DNA of 64,000 bases, from positions 131,936,001-132,000,000 of the forward strand of contig OX597817.1 in assembly GCA_951406725.2 (NCBI GenBank), given 5' to 3'. This DNA is from Octopus vulgaris. Taxonomy: Eukaryota. The first letter of the stretch is position 1. Each line of letters opens with the position of its first letter. Below are positions 26,353-38,040 of this stretch, in pieces. The notes beneath the pieces were generated by a model, which ran no database searches, was not told the DNA's origin, and was given only the letters and a program-made list of their open reading frames with translations. Position numbers and translations under genes: made by a program.

Positions 26353-28518
26353 TTGGGGGCCTGCGCTGTAACTGCGAAACTGCATCCGTCATTTGTTGGT
26401 GGCTTCCTATTCCTGGCCGATAATACCGTTGCACCATTCGTTCGAAAACCTTCCAATCCAGAAGTCTGGGTCCGCTTTGCTGATGATGGCTTACGAGGTC
26501 GAAGTGCGAAACCTACTTCGACCTCCTTTAGTCATCTTTCTCGGCAGAGAGAAGACACGTTGGTGCAAATGAAGAGGATCATAAGAATATAACATACTTA
26601 AAACCGTATGTTTCGGAAATATAAAGAAATTGTAAGTGAATCCGACGAAATTCTGATAAAATATTGTTTTCCGTGGAAATATTGGATTCTGTGTCTGAGA
26701 ACAAAAGGAAGATGTTTTAAATTCTGCTGAAATTTTGAAAGTTACTTATATAGGAATAACATCACTGTTTGAGTGACATAAACTATTGGGTGTGTTTGAG
26801 GGTTTAGGGAACAGAGCCAAAATAAAATAATGATTCAATTAAATATTAAGGTACGAAAATACTTAGTGGGCGGGTGTAGTAAAAACCAACTATATCAAAA
26901 GTGACACCCTGTTCTTTGTGGAAAGATTGTAGATTTTACACCATTATTGGATTATAGGAATTAAGCAAATAAATGGGAAAATATTTAATAATAATTTATT
27001 TCAGACTCTCTGGTGTTGGGGATCGATTCGCCTATATGGGGTGCCTTAATTACTGATGATTGTGTGAGAAGCGAGAACTATGTTCTTTAATATGAAACTG
27101 TTGATATTAAGTGTACTGATTATAATTTTATTGAATCGATTACTTTTTGGTTGTTCATCCTTAACGATAACAGTGACAGCCACCTTTGCTAATTATGTCT
27201 AATAATTAATTATTAGCGACAGAAGCATTATTAATACAGAAAGGTAATCTTTATATCCAACTAAACGTGGATGGCTTCTTAGAGCGCTGACTAATGTGTT
27301 ATTAGCCTTGAGAAATCCTCTCTTGTGGGCGCTTCGTGCATAACAACACACACATAGAGTGTAGCAGACGAGAATTATCTGTCATGGACTAGGGAATTCC
27401 CATATCACATGATTTCGGTCTACTAAAAGTCAACAGTGGGAAGCGCTGGTAACCTCATGTCAGGGAAATATCGCGGCTACTACATACAGAATAGCTGTTG
27501 GATAACCTTTAGAAATGAAATTTTGTTCGTATTTTATAGTTCTAGACATTATAAGGGAACGTGAGAAAAATATATTGAGAGCAGGTTAATAAATCTGTTT
27601 TAAATATAAATGCATGAGCAGGAACTGAAGCTAACGGGATGAATTATCGGCTTATAGAAATTAACGGATTAGATAAGCTATTTCGAGACTACCTTTTGCA
27701 AGGATTAAAATTTAAATGTTAACGTTAGAAACTGGTAATTTATTATAGTTTGATTATTATATAACAATTATTAGTGTGAGTTAATAAGCGTTAAATGAGG
27801 CAGCAAGTACGTTCTAATAAATCAAACTGAGCTGAAGAGGATTTTAAAAATTAGATGCGTAAGCTAACAGAATTTTGTCTGTGAGGATAAGGATTAAGTT
27901 TATAATAGTGATATGAGGAAAAGCATCTGTCAAAGCAATAATATATGGCTTTATTGTGTTTATTAACGGTAGCTCCGTTGGGGAAGTGAATTGCAATCTC
28001 TTTGAAGTGCAAAGATTACAAATCCTTTGTTTTCCCGATATATGACTTATATAACTTTTCGTCCGTTTCAGATTGTGTGGTAAATTATTGATTTTCATTT
28101 GTAATGACTCGGGATAGAGGGGCTGCTTCATTATTTATTTTAGTGTTTCTAAATGTATGCGTATGATTACTGGAGCGTAACTTAAAAGATGTAGATATGT
28201 GACCGGTGCATGTGAGAGAATTATTAGCTTGTAAGGTACATTAGTGCATTTATTACTAACCTGACAATTAGATTTTAGGTGGTATGCGTTCCGGTTAATG
28301 CAAATACAAGTGTCAGTAGAGGATGGTTCGTGGTTTTAAATAATAATGTTCATACGACGTTAGAGCTTGGATGTGATTAGGTGTAGAGGAATGATTTTGT
28401 TTCATCGTGCACCTATTAAAAGTAATATAATGCGTAACGAGAGATAAACTAATCCGTTTTACTTTTCCTACTTCAGGTTTAGTTTTTGTGTTGGTGGTTT
28501 ATTTAGAACGTATTCAAA

Positions 28519-28902
28519 TCTCTCTCTATATAAACGGCAGTTTGTCTGTGCGTGTTTCTGTGTGTCTGTTTGCTTGTACCCTCACCCTGACCACGGCTTT
28601 CAACCGATTCTGATGAAACTTGACACACACATAGCCCAATGTCATAATTCAAAACTAACGCAGCAAAAATTTTGAAAAGTTCCCCCAGTTCTGAAAAAAA
28701 TCGATAAATTCGACATGGGGTCGAGAATCAGAAACACATACCACAAACTGTCTAGGGGACGCAACTCCACCTTTTTTTAATCTCAAAAAAAATTTACCAG
28801 CATTTTTTTCCATTTTTTTGCTATTTTTTGGCTATAACTCTCTAAAAATGCTTTATAGTTATTTCCCTTACAAACCTGAGCAACGCCGGGCGATACTGCT
28901 AG
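28519..28902 (+). mobile_element. Non-autonomous Helitron, complete
   Basis: A|TCTCTCTCTATATAAACGG at the 5' end. Imperfect GC hairpin CCTGAGCAACGCCGGG, then CGATACTG-CTAG|T at the 3' end. Inserted between A and T with no TSD. Confidence 0.88.
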
Positions 28903-29180
28903 TAGTGAATATTTATTTAAATCACTTCTCGTAAGGGTTTTGTTATAATCTGGTGGAGTCTGCTTAATGCTTTGCTTATCACCAGAAAGAGGCCAGAAGG
29001 GAAAATTGTAATTCATAAAATTTTATTTAAACTCACTCACAATATATGTGTGTGTGTGTGTGTAGGTGTGCGTGTGTTTGTGTGTGTGTGTGTGGGTGTG
29101 CGTGTGTTTGTGTGTGGGTGTGTGTGCGCGCGTGTGTGTACATATATATATATAAGATTGTATATAACTTTATATTTATA

Positions 29181-29269
<89 letters not shown>

Positions 29270-29302
29270 GTAAAATAATATGTGACAATTATTCGGTAGC
29301 TA

Positions 29303-29365
29303 AGATAAAACTCTGAGTTTCGGATGCCGAGGTGGAAATCCACACCACCATCTCTTCGGTTATCT
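29303..29365 (-). ncRNA. Hammerhead motif (U4C variant), same type as 21694-21774
   Basis: AGATAA-CCGAAGA-GATG...CATC-C-GAAA-CTC A GAG-TT-TTATCT, with a perfect 6-bp stem I. Confidence 0.65.
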
Positions 29366-30371
29366 GGCCTAGTCACATATTATTTTACAGATAAATTTCC
29401 TCTATTTACATAATATTGAGGTCTCTTTCTTTTGTTATCTTACCGTATTCTATACTTCTCAATCTAGCTACCTACACACACAGGCACGCGCACACATACG
29501 GCATATGATTTGTCCGTTGGTGTTAAGGAGCAAGCTTTTTTTTTTTTCGTCGGGAGGGAATTCGAAGTAGAGCGTCGGACAAAATATGTTGTAAATTACT
29601 GCCTTCGATCTTCATCAGGAAAAAAAATAATGTTTATTGCCAGCCACGGCTTGATTAGTAAACTAATTAAATAAAAAATAATCTACACACAGTTTTTGCG
29701 GTTCAGAGAAAGACAAAGAAATTGTAGTGTAAACATACTGTTGATTTTTCGATCGACGCTAAAATTGAATCTTTATCATTTAAAAATTAGATAACGTTTC
29801 TCTTAGATTATCAAGTTGTGTTGGATTGTAGGTAGTTAATTTTTACACTAACATGGCAATCAAATTGCCTGAACATTTGCAATCCCTTTAAATCTGTTAT
29901 ATATTCTTGTGTTTACATCTGCAATGTATTCTGTTTGATTAAGCAACACAACAAAGAGATTATTTTTCTGATAGTGAAATATTTATTAAATTACATTAGA
30001 CATCTGGTTTATATGTACTCAGTACTTACATTAATTACATTGTTTAACATATAGGTATCTGCTCTAATCTATCTCGATCTACTTTTTTGGAGAATGTGGC
30101 TATATTTACATCTTGTTCTCGTGTGGTTTATTTTGCTTATCTTACTCGTTATATTCTTGCGTTAGGAATCAATCAATGGTGCTTGCGTGGTTCTGTGTTC
30201 AGTTGGCTTTTCGACCACATGATTCCAATTCCAGGTTCAGTCCTACTCTAGGGCATTTTCGACAAGTATCACTTACTAGTGACCCAGGCTGGACGTGGAC
30301 TTGTCTCAGTGGATTTGGTAGTCGGAAATTGAAAGTCAGTCATATATATATATTTGTGTGTGCATATATAT

Positions 30372-30501
30372 ATACAATAGAACCTCGGTTTTCGAAAAAT
30401 TCTGATAACGAATAAATCGTACTTTATCTCCTGTCTTTCTCATATTCATTTAAAACAGTAGTACCCCGGTTTACGAATGCCTCTGATCACGAATAAATCG
30501 A
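30372..30501 (+). mobile_element. Two tandem pogo/Tigger-like termini
   Basis: TACAATAGAACCTCGGTTTTCGAA...ACGAATAAATCG is repeated as ACAGTAGTACCCCGGTTTACGAA...ACGAATAAATCG. Confidence 0.55.
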
Positions 30502-30618
30502 GCTTTATATCTATCTATCTGTCTATCTATCTGTCTGTCTGTCTGTCTATCTATATATCTATATCCATCTCTCTCTACCCCCCTCTCTCTCCCCCTCTCT
30601 CTCCCCCTCTCTCTCTCC

Positions 30619-30682
<64 letters not shown>

Positions 30683-30773
30683 GGGAGAGTTTACGAAAAA
30701 AAACAAAAGACGAAGACAGGTGGTGTACAGAACAAACAGATGTATTAGTATAACGCTCAGGAATAGAAAAAGT

Positions 30774-30807
30774 CTTATACGTTTCGAGCCTACGCTCTTC
30801 TACAGAA
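30774..30807 (-). ncRNA. Hammerhead-like motif, A6U variant, in short repeat 30684-30807
   Basis: TT-CTGTAGA-A-GAGC gtag GCTC-GAAA-CG-TA-TAAG. The element is truncated within stem I. Confidence 0.55.
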
Positions 30808-31273
30808 TATATGCATATATGTATATGTATATGCATATGTATGTATATGTACGTATATGTTTGCATATATTTACGTGTCTGTGTCTGTGTGTTCATATTT
30901 TGATATCTAATGTTAGTTTGTTTACGTTGCCACAAGACAAACTTCCAGGCCTTCAAAAGGAGTCGATTTGTTCCTCTGGACCCCTCAAGACGGTGCTCCG
31001 GTATGGTCGCAGTCCAATGAATGGAACAAATAAGTGATAAAAGATAAAAGATAATAATTTTTAAATACCCAGAAATATCTGAATTCTTCGGATTTCTTCC
31101 ATCAAACCAAAATATTTTAGTGTAATCCTGATATGATGATGACAATAAATTACTCCGGGGCTGTATTTCACACCATTCTGTAAATATCGTTTGTCTTATA
31201 AAACCTGCTTAAGTATTAAAATGCTTATGAAAATTTCAAATATTCGTTATGATTCCAAGAAAAGAATATATAT

Positions 31274-31512
31274 ATATAATCCCTCGACTATCGCTAGTGT
31301 TATGTTCTAAAACCCACCACGATAGGTGGAAATCCACGAAGTAGAAACAGTACCGTACTGAATTTCTTTTTTTTTTTTATTTTTATAATTTGTATATATT
31401 TATTTTATCATAAATGCAAAACAACACCACGGAGGAATCGACGTAAGCTTAAATAATAAACCGCGATAGGTGAATCGCGATAAGTGAACCGCGATATGGC
31501 GTGGGATTACTG
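31274..31512. mobile_element. pogo/Tigger-like MITE
   Basis: TAATCCCTCGACTATCGC ... GCGATATGGCGTGGGATTACTG|TA imperfect TIRs, left end eroded. Confidence 0.7.
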
Positions 31513-32348
31513 TATGTTCTTTGATTATCTTTGACCTTCAGATAACAATATTTTGGATTTTCGTCAGTATTTAGTCACTGTTTAAGGATAACAAAGCGTA
31601 GGCATTTCAAACTCGCTCTTATCAAATTCGTGTTTCTGTTGGAAGAGAAGCAATTGAACTGGGGATGAGCCATGATTACCACTTAAAAAAACTCCTATAC
31701 GATTCTGTACACTACACGTTCGTTTTGTTTCTTTATATTATCGTTGGTTACGCGGTGGTGAGCTGGCCGAATCGTTAGCGCGCTGGACAAAATGCTTTGC
31801 AATATTTCGTTCGCATTTACATTCTCAGTTTAAATTCCGCCCAGGTCATTCTTTCAGGGGTCGATAGAATAAGCACCAGGGTCGGTGAAATAAACTTATC
31901 TCATTCCACCGAAATTGCTGGCCTAGTGCCAAAATTTGAAACCATTAATATTGCCTATTATAATATCAAAAAGCATTCTTTTGACGTATGTTACCTTCTC
32001 CATAAGACATTGCTGTTCCTTACATACATAAATTAAACAGAATAGCAGGAAGTCATTCATATTTTGTTATCTATTAGCTTTTGTTATCCTACTGTGGCCT
32101 TCTTGCAGTACCTCTTGCAAAGATTTAGTCAATTCTCGGGAAATATTTTGTCAATAGTTCACGAAAAATGAAAAAAGCATGTTGGTGTCCGTGGAAACGG
32201 ACCTTTCCCATGCGCAACTAAATTTTAAGACCCTTCATTTTGTTTGAGTTATTAGGTGCTCTTTTTCCTCAGATCTTATAGATACACATTCATACAAATG
32301 TCCAGAAGTTCATATCACGTATGTACATATATTACACACACTTGCGTA

Positions 32349-32413
<65 letters not shown>

Positions 32414-32714
32414 AAAATTCAAACTGAGTAGGTGTTTGAGTGTTGCCTCACGGGTTGAATAAGACAGCAGAGGAAGCTTGAAGTCCCACTCAACATCGGT
32501 ATTACAACAGCTTTCTCTAATCTCAGAGCTGAATCTTCTGATATTCTATCAATAAATATATCGTGTTTATTCTTAAACTTGCATTGAGATACAAACCTCA
32601 ATTTAACGCTCAAACAGACGTGCAAGCATACAGACATACATGCATGCATACACACATACATGCAAACATACATACATGCATACATACATACATACATACA
32701 TACATGCATACAAT

Positions 32715-33045
32715 TGCAAACGTCTCAAATCAGCTATGGTTGTCTGGGACTGGCAAGGTATCAGCTGCTCTACAGATGTGAATATTTCGTCGAAAATGAA
32801 AGAGAAGTAGATAACTACGGACAGCTGCTTCGAAACCTCCAGTTTCTATATCCAGGTTATAAATACACATTTATACCAATGATAATGGGTGGACTTACTT
32901 ATTTCAATAAATGCTTAAGTGGCAATTCTCGATAAGCTAGGGTTTTCAGAAAAAGAAATCAACAATCTAACACTCGCCTTACAAATACTATCTCTAGGTG
33001 AAACAATAAAAATATGCAAAACTTTTCTTAAGTTCAAAATAAGAA
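32715..33045 (+). mobile_element. 3' fragment of an RLE-type LINE next to (CATA)n
   Basis: DNYGQLLRNLQFLYPGYKYTFIPMIMGGL and LDKLGFSEKEINNL..LQILSLGETIKICKTFLKF. Homologous to 48710-49600 and 61175-61680. Confidence 0.8.
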
Positions 33046-33627
33046 TGAGTTTTGTTATTTACATTTCCAAACTGCAGCTTTGTATCTTTGTCAGGAAACG
33101 GATCGTTCATTAAAGAGAAATTTCGAATAATTAAAAATAAAAGAGTACCTATAGGTAGTACAGGTTTGTCAACGTAAATTTATTCCCCAAAGTTAGCCAT
33201 GGTAGGGTAACAGGCCAGAGTACCTTATTGTGGAACTGAACATAAACTTCTTAACATTTTTTCAAACCTACACCAAAATGTTTACAAATAGAAAATATGA
33301 ACAAGTGCGTACCTTTTGGAAACGAAACCCCAAAAAAGAGACAAAGAAAATCACTTAACCTTGTCACGCTGTATTTCCGCTTTAGTAAGAAGAGGTTAAG
33401 ATGATGACCAACACACGTAGAAAAAGATGACACCAGCTGGTTTTATTCATTAGTTTACTTGAAATCGTTCCTCTTGAGTTGTATATGTAACTTGTTATAT
33501 TTTGCTCATGAGCCCAGGTAGAGGGAAAAGTTAGACAAAGAGGGCCGAGTCTGAGAGGAATAGATTCAAAAACCTACCATAACACTGTACTTGTCGTTAT
33601 TTGTACTTCGTTATTTTATTGTACTTA

Positions 33628-33835
33628 TGGGTGGCGATCTGACAGAATCGTTAGCAAGCAGGACGGAATGCTTAGCGGTATTTCACCCGTCGCTACGTTC
33701 TGAGTTCAAATTCCGCCGAGGTCAACTCCGCCTTTCATCCTCTCGGGGACGATAAATTAAGTACCAGTGAAACACCGGGGTCGATGTAATCGACTAGTCC
33801 CCTCCCCCAAGCTGCTCTTGTGGTCAAATTCTGAA
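33628..33835 (+). mobile_element. SINE family B, well preserved
   Basis: GGTGGCGATCTGACAGAATCGTTAGC...GAGTTCAAATTCCGCCGAGGTCAACTCCGCCTTTCATCCTCTCGGGGACGATAAATTAAGTACCAG. Ends about 90 nt before the EGF exon. Confidence 0.85.
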
Positions 33836-33924
33836 ATCACTATTATATTGTACTTTATTTTACTCGATTGTGAATCACAGAATCAGCAATTAGATTCAAT
33901 TGTATTTGTTTTTCTTTTGTACAG

Positions 33925-34044
33925 AGAACCCCGATGATAAGTGCCATCAGCTATACTATACTGAGCCGAGATGTGATGACCATCCGTCTGGATATAAATG
34001 TGTCTGCGGTCCGGGTTTCCATTGGAACAAATATAAATGCATGT
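33925..34044 (+). CDS. Internal exon encoding an EGF-like domain (C2-C6)
   Basis: Acceptor ttttcttttgtacag, donor T|GTAAGT, 120 nt, phase 1-1. Encodes xNPDDKCHQLYYTEPRCDDHPSGYKCVCGPGFHWNKYKCM with the EGF pattern GYxCxCxxGF...C. Confidence 0.88.
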
Positions 34045-34744
34045 GTAAGTATTTTGCTGCAGCAATTCCTGTGTTATTCTAATAACAACTCTATATGAAG
34101 CCAAGGAAATATTATCTAACACTCTAGCTTTAGTAGTAGAATAATTAATAACTTGGTTTTTGATTAAATCCGATTCAAATATACTACTATTAATCATACA
34201 GCGTAAATATTTATAACAGAACCAAAGAACAAAGATTTTGTTTTATCATATTAATAGTAATATTTCGAATGCAGCATAGCCGTGAAAACAGGCAGAATGT
34301 TTGCGTATTTTAGCCTAATATGACGGGATATTTTAGCCTAATATCAGCAGACTGTTACAGGACTTCTACCCGTACTCCTCACATACCGGCTGAGTACTAG
34401 GTTGGAATGGAAATAATTAATTGTAAAATGGAAAATTCCTGAGGGCTAAAAGGTTACTATATTTGATTACTAGAAAAATGCTAAATTTCCGCTGAGATCA
34501 ATCAAAGGCATTTACCCCCTCAAGCCTCCTAAACTCCGAAAATGGGGGAGTTTTGTAATTTTTTTTATAATAGCGCTATAACTATGGAATTTTTGTCAAT
34601 ATTCACTCTATTCAGTATTGTTTATTATTCAATGCGAAAAAGAATGATGAAGGTTGCATGAAAACCCGTTTATTTGTTCGGAAGTTATGTACTTTTTTAT
34701 TAATGAATGTTTGCGGTTTAAATATTTCAAGGAATCTAGTTTAG

Positions 34745-35155
34745 AAAATTACTATTTGTAAATCTTAAAACGCGAGATATTCAGCAACAGTACTTTGGAG
34801 TAAAGATTATTTGCCAACATAACATGGCAGTCCTAGTTTAGGACGAATGTTGCTGTACTTTAGCCCCAGGAGACATCGTCTGCAGCTGGCTATACGACAC
34901 AATCTGTTTCCTTATATTTTCGAACAAGGGAATGTAGCACCCCCACTCAGCTCAAAACAATAACCCGGAAATCGCGATACACAGATATTGTTTTGCGCTG
35001 AGTGGGAGTGCTACATTCCCTTGTTCGAAAATATAACGACACAGATTGTGTCGTATAGCCAGCTGCAGACGATGTCTCCTGGGGCTAAATTACAGCAACA
35101 TTCGTCCTAAACCAGGACTGCCAGGTTATGTTGGCAAATAATCTTTACTCCGAAT
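34745..35155 (+). mobile_element. Asymmetric foldback element with about 165-bp inverted arms
   Basis: Arms 34797-34962 and 34986-35151 are near-perfect reverse complements. Unpaired about 52-bp left extension. CTAGTTTAG direct repeats at 34736-34744 and 35156-35164. Confidence 0.88.
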
Positions 35156-35930
35156 CTAGTTTAGTTTCTTATTAACATTGTGTTTCCAGGAAAATTTGGT
35201 ATTGAGCAGAATAATGTCAGAAAAACATGGTTAATATACCGGGCTCACTTTATTTCACTTGAATTCATTGTTACTGAAGACAACCTTGGCAGCGTGGATT
35301 GAGCAGCGGACGAAAGTGACAGTTTAGACTCTAGAGAATAATGCGCTCCATTACGATCTAATTCCCAATTTCACCGAAGTGAACCAGATAAGTGCCTATT
35401 GAACACTAATATCAATATGATGATTCAAGAAAAAGAGCTGGTGGAATTGTTAGCCCGTCGGGAAAATGCTTAGCGGCATTCCGTCCGTCTTTACGTTCTA
35501 AGATCAGATTCCACCGAGGTCGACTTTGCCTTTCTTCCTTTCGGGACTAATAAAATAAGAAGTACCAGTGAGGTCGATGTAAACGATTTACCCCTCTCCC
35601 GAACTTGCTGTCGTTGTGCCAATATTTGAAAGGAATATTAACATAATTATTTATGTCGCTCTCAATAAGATAATTCTGTAGTCTTGAGTGTAAATTAGAA
35701 ATAATGATTGTTTGCATAAACTGAATTTATACACGGACAGAACCTTTATATGTGATATATATTCTGTAATATTAAACGAACAGTGGATATTCATAATTTG
35801 AGAGAAGTTCTGTTTCCAATAAGGAACATATATTGGACTTCATATAAAACATTCGTCACAAAAAATATCTTTATATACTATTTTAACAATAATGGCAACT
35901 TACACATGTACTTTTCGTTGTTGTTGTTTT

Positions 35931-35932
<2 letters not shown>

Positions 35933-35999
<67 letters not shown>

Positions 36000-36028
36000 T
36001 ATTATTATTATTACTATTATTATTATTA

Positions 36029-36124
<96 letters not shown>

Positions 36125-36194
36125 CATCATCATCATCATCATTATCATTATTATTATTATTATTGTTATTATTATTATTATCATTATTATTATT
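35933..36194. repeat. (TAA)n immediately followed by (TTA)n
   Basis: Direct observation. The orientation switches at about 35999. Confidence 0.95.
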
Positions 36195-37760
36195 CTATGC
36201 TTGACTTTTGCTTTATATTTGTACACGTTGGCTCCAAGTCTCACCCACAGACCTCAAGAGACAACAGGTTTGAAGTTCATGTTGTTGTTATGTCTAGTGT
36301 GCCATATATTTGGTTTTGTATTTAGTGTTGAACTAGTGAATGTCTAAAAAAAAACAGACGAAAATTATGTTTGTTTTAAAACTTGAGATTACACAGAAAG
36401 TATTTTGCGTACGATATGAACAGTTCTCATGAGCACTATCTTTTGAATTTCTGCCATTTTCGGGTATCCTGGTATCTGAGTTAGGTAGCGATCAGCCCCT
36501 TTTGTTATCATTCCCAGGGCACCTATGATAACAGGTTTTGTTTTAGTCTTCAGGTTCCACATTTTGCTGATTTCTATTTCAAGATTTTTATATTTGCTCA
36601 GTTTTTGGTAGGTCTTGACAGGTACGTTTATATCGATTGGGACAGTCATATCAACGAGGAGGCATGTTCTTTGTTTGATATCTTTCAATATGATGTCTGG
36701 CCTATTTGCATCTATTTTTCTGTCAGTTTGAATGGTGAAGTTCCAGAGGAATGAGATGGGGTCATTTTCAAGCACTGGAGGTGGTTTGTGTTCCCACCAG
36801 TTTTTTTCGTGGGGCAAATCCAGGTTTTTGCAAATTACCCAGTGAATATATTGTGTAGCTCCATCATGCCTGTTGAGATACTCTGTAGGCGCAAGAAGAC
36901 TGCATTTGGAGACAACATGATTAATGGTTTCATTTTGTTGTTGACATACACAACATGTTGGGCTACTGCCGTTTTTTAATATGTTGGCCTGGTAGTTCCT
37001 TGTTGGTAGGCATTGATCTTGAGCTGCTATGATAAACCTTTCTGTTTCAGATTTTAAGCCAGACGCCATTAGCCATTGATGGGTCAGGGCTTTGTCAACA
37101 TCTGCATTATTCGCTCTCTTTGGGTATTTGCCATAGAGAGGTTTTTTCTTGCCATTTATCATTCAGAATATCTAAGGCAGCAGTTTTAGCTTTTGCTGTG
37201 CTTGTTTCTTGTATGTCTAATTCCGAATTCACTTAGATATTCATTTGGCGGTTTTGTGACTGAGTATGATGCTTTCTTGTTTTCATGTTTTGAGACAAGT
37301 TTTAACATCCAGTCTTCAGAGTTTTTCAGGTAGGTGTCTAGGCCAATTGTAGCAATCTTCATTGTTATTGCCACTTGTAAAAGTCAATGGCCTCCCTCTT
37401 TTCTTGGCAGATAAAGTCGTTCTGTATCTGCCTTAGTGTGGTGCATTCTATGCATTGTCAACAGTTTTCGTATTTTTCTGTAAAGATTACGTATTTCAGT
37501 AATTGACCAGTTAACGATATTGAAACTGTAAGTCACGACTGGTATGGCTAAAGCATTGATCGCTTCGATCTTGTTTCTCGCATTCAGCTCTGTCATGAGT
37601 ATTGCTCTTACTCTGCGATAACATTCTCTCCTGATCCTTTCCTTCATCACTGTATGCCTTATTCCGTCCCATTCAATTACCCCTAGGTACTTGTAGCTCT
37701 CCGCTGGGTCTAATTCTTTTATGACATTCTGCTGGTCAAGGTTAACGTTAGATGTTTTTC
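36195..37760 (-). mobile_element. 5'-truncated R4/Dong-like non-LTR retrotransposon (RT C-terminus, CCHC, RLE), disrupted
   Basis: ESYKYLG, ELNARNKIEAINALAIPVVTYSF, RLYLPRKEGG, FIIAAQDQCLPTRNY, CCVCQQQNETINHVVSKC, RHD, NRPDIIL, KLSKY. (TAA)n at the 3' end and about 50 bp beyond the 5' end. Confidence 0.92.
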
Positions 37761-37808
37761 ATTTTGTACATTTTTGTCATTTTATTATAGCTGAAATTGG
37801 GAGGAAGG

Positions 37809-38040
<232 letters not shown>

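Larger units (their letters stand above)
24430..28400 (-). mobile_element. Very old CR1/L2-like LINE remnant, interrupted by younger insertions
   Basis: Scattered minus-strand traces only: ELPLINTIKPYIIALTD (AP-endonuclease start-like, ORF 27844-28131) and weak RT C-terminal-like pieces near 24500-24950. Strand-biased composition. Many stops. Confidence 0.35.

Noticed and set aside
26480-26525. CTGATGA followed by GCGAAAC
   Set aside because: The dominant fold is the 11-bp hairpin GAGGTCGAAGT/ACTTCGACCTC. Hammerhead stems I and III are not supported.
32273-32318. Small exon candidate with good splice sites (DLIDTHSYKCPEVHI)
   Set aside because: 46 nt, phase 1 in and phase 2 out, incompatible with the phase-1 EGF exon.
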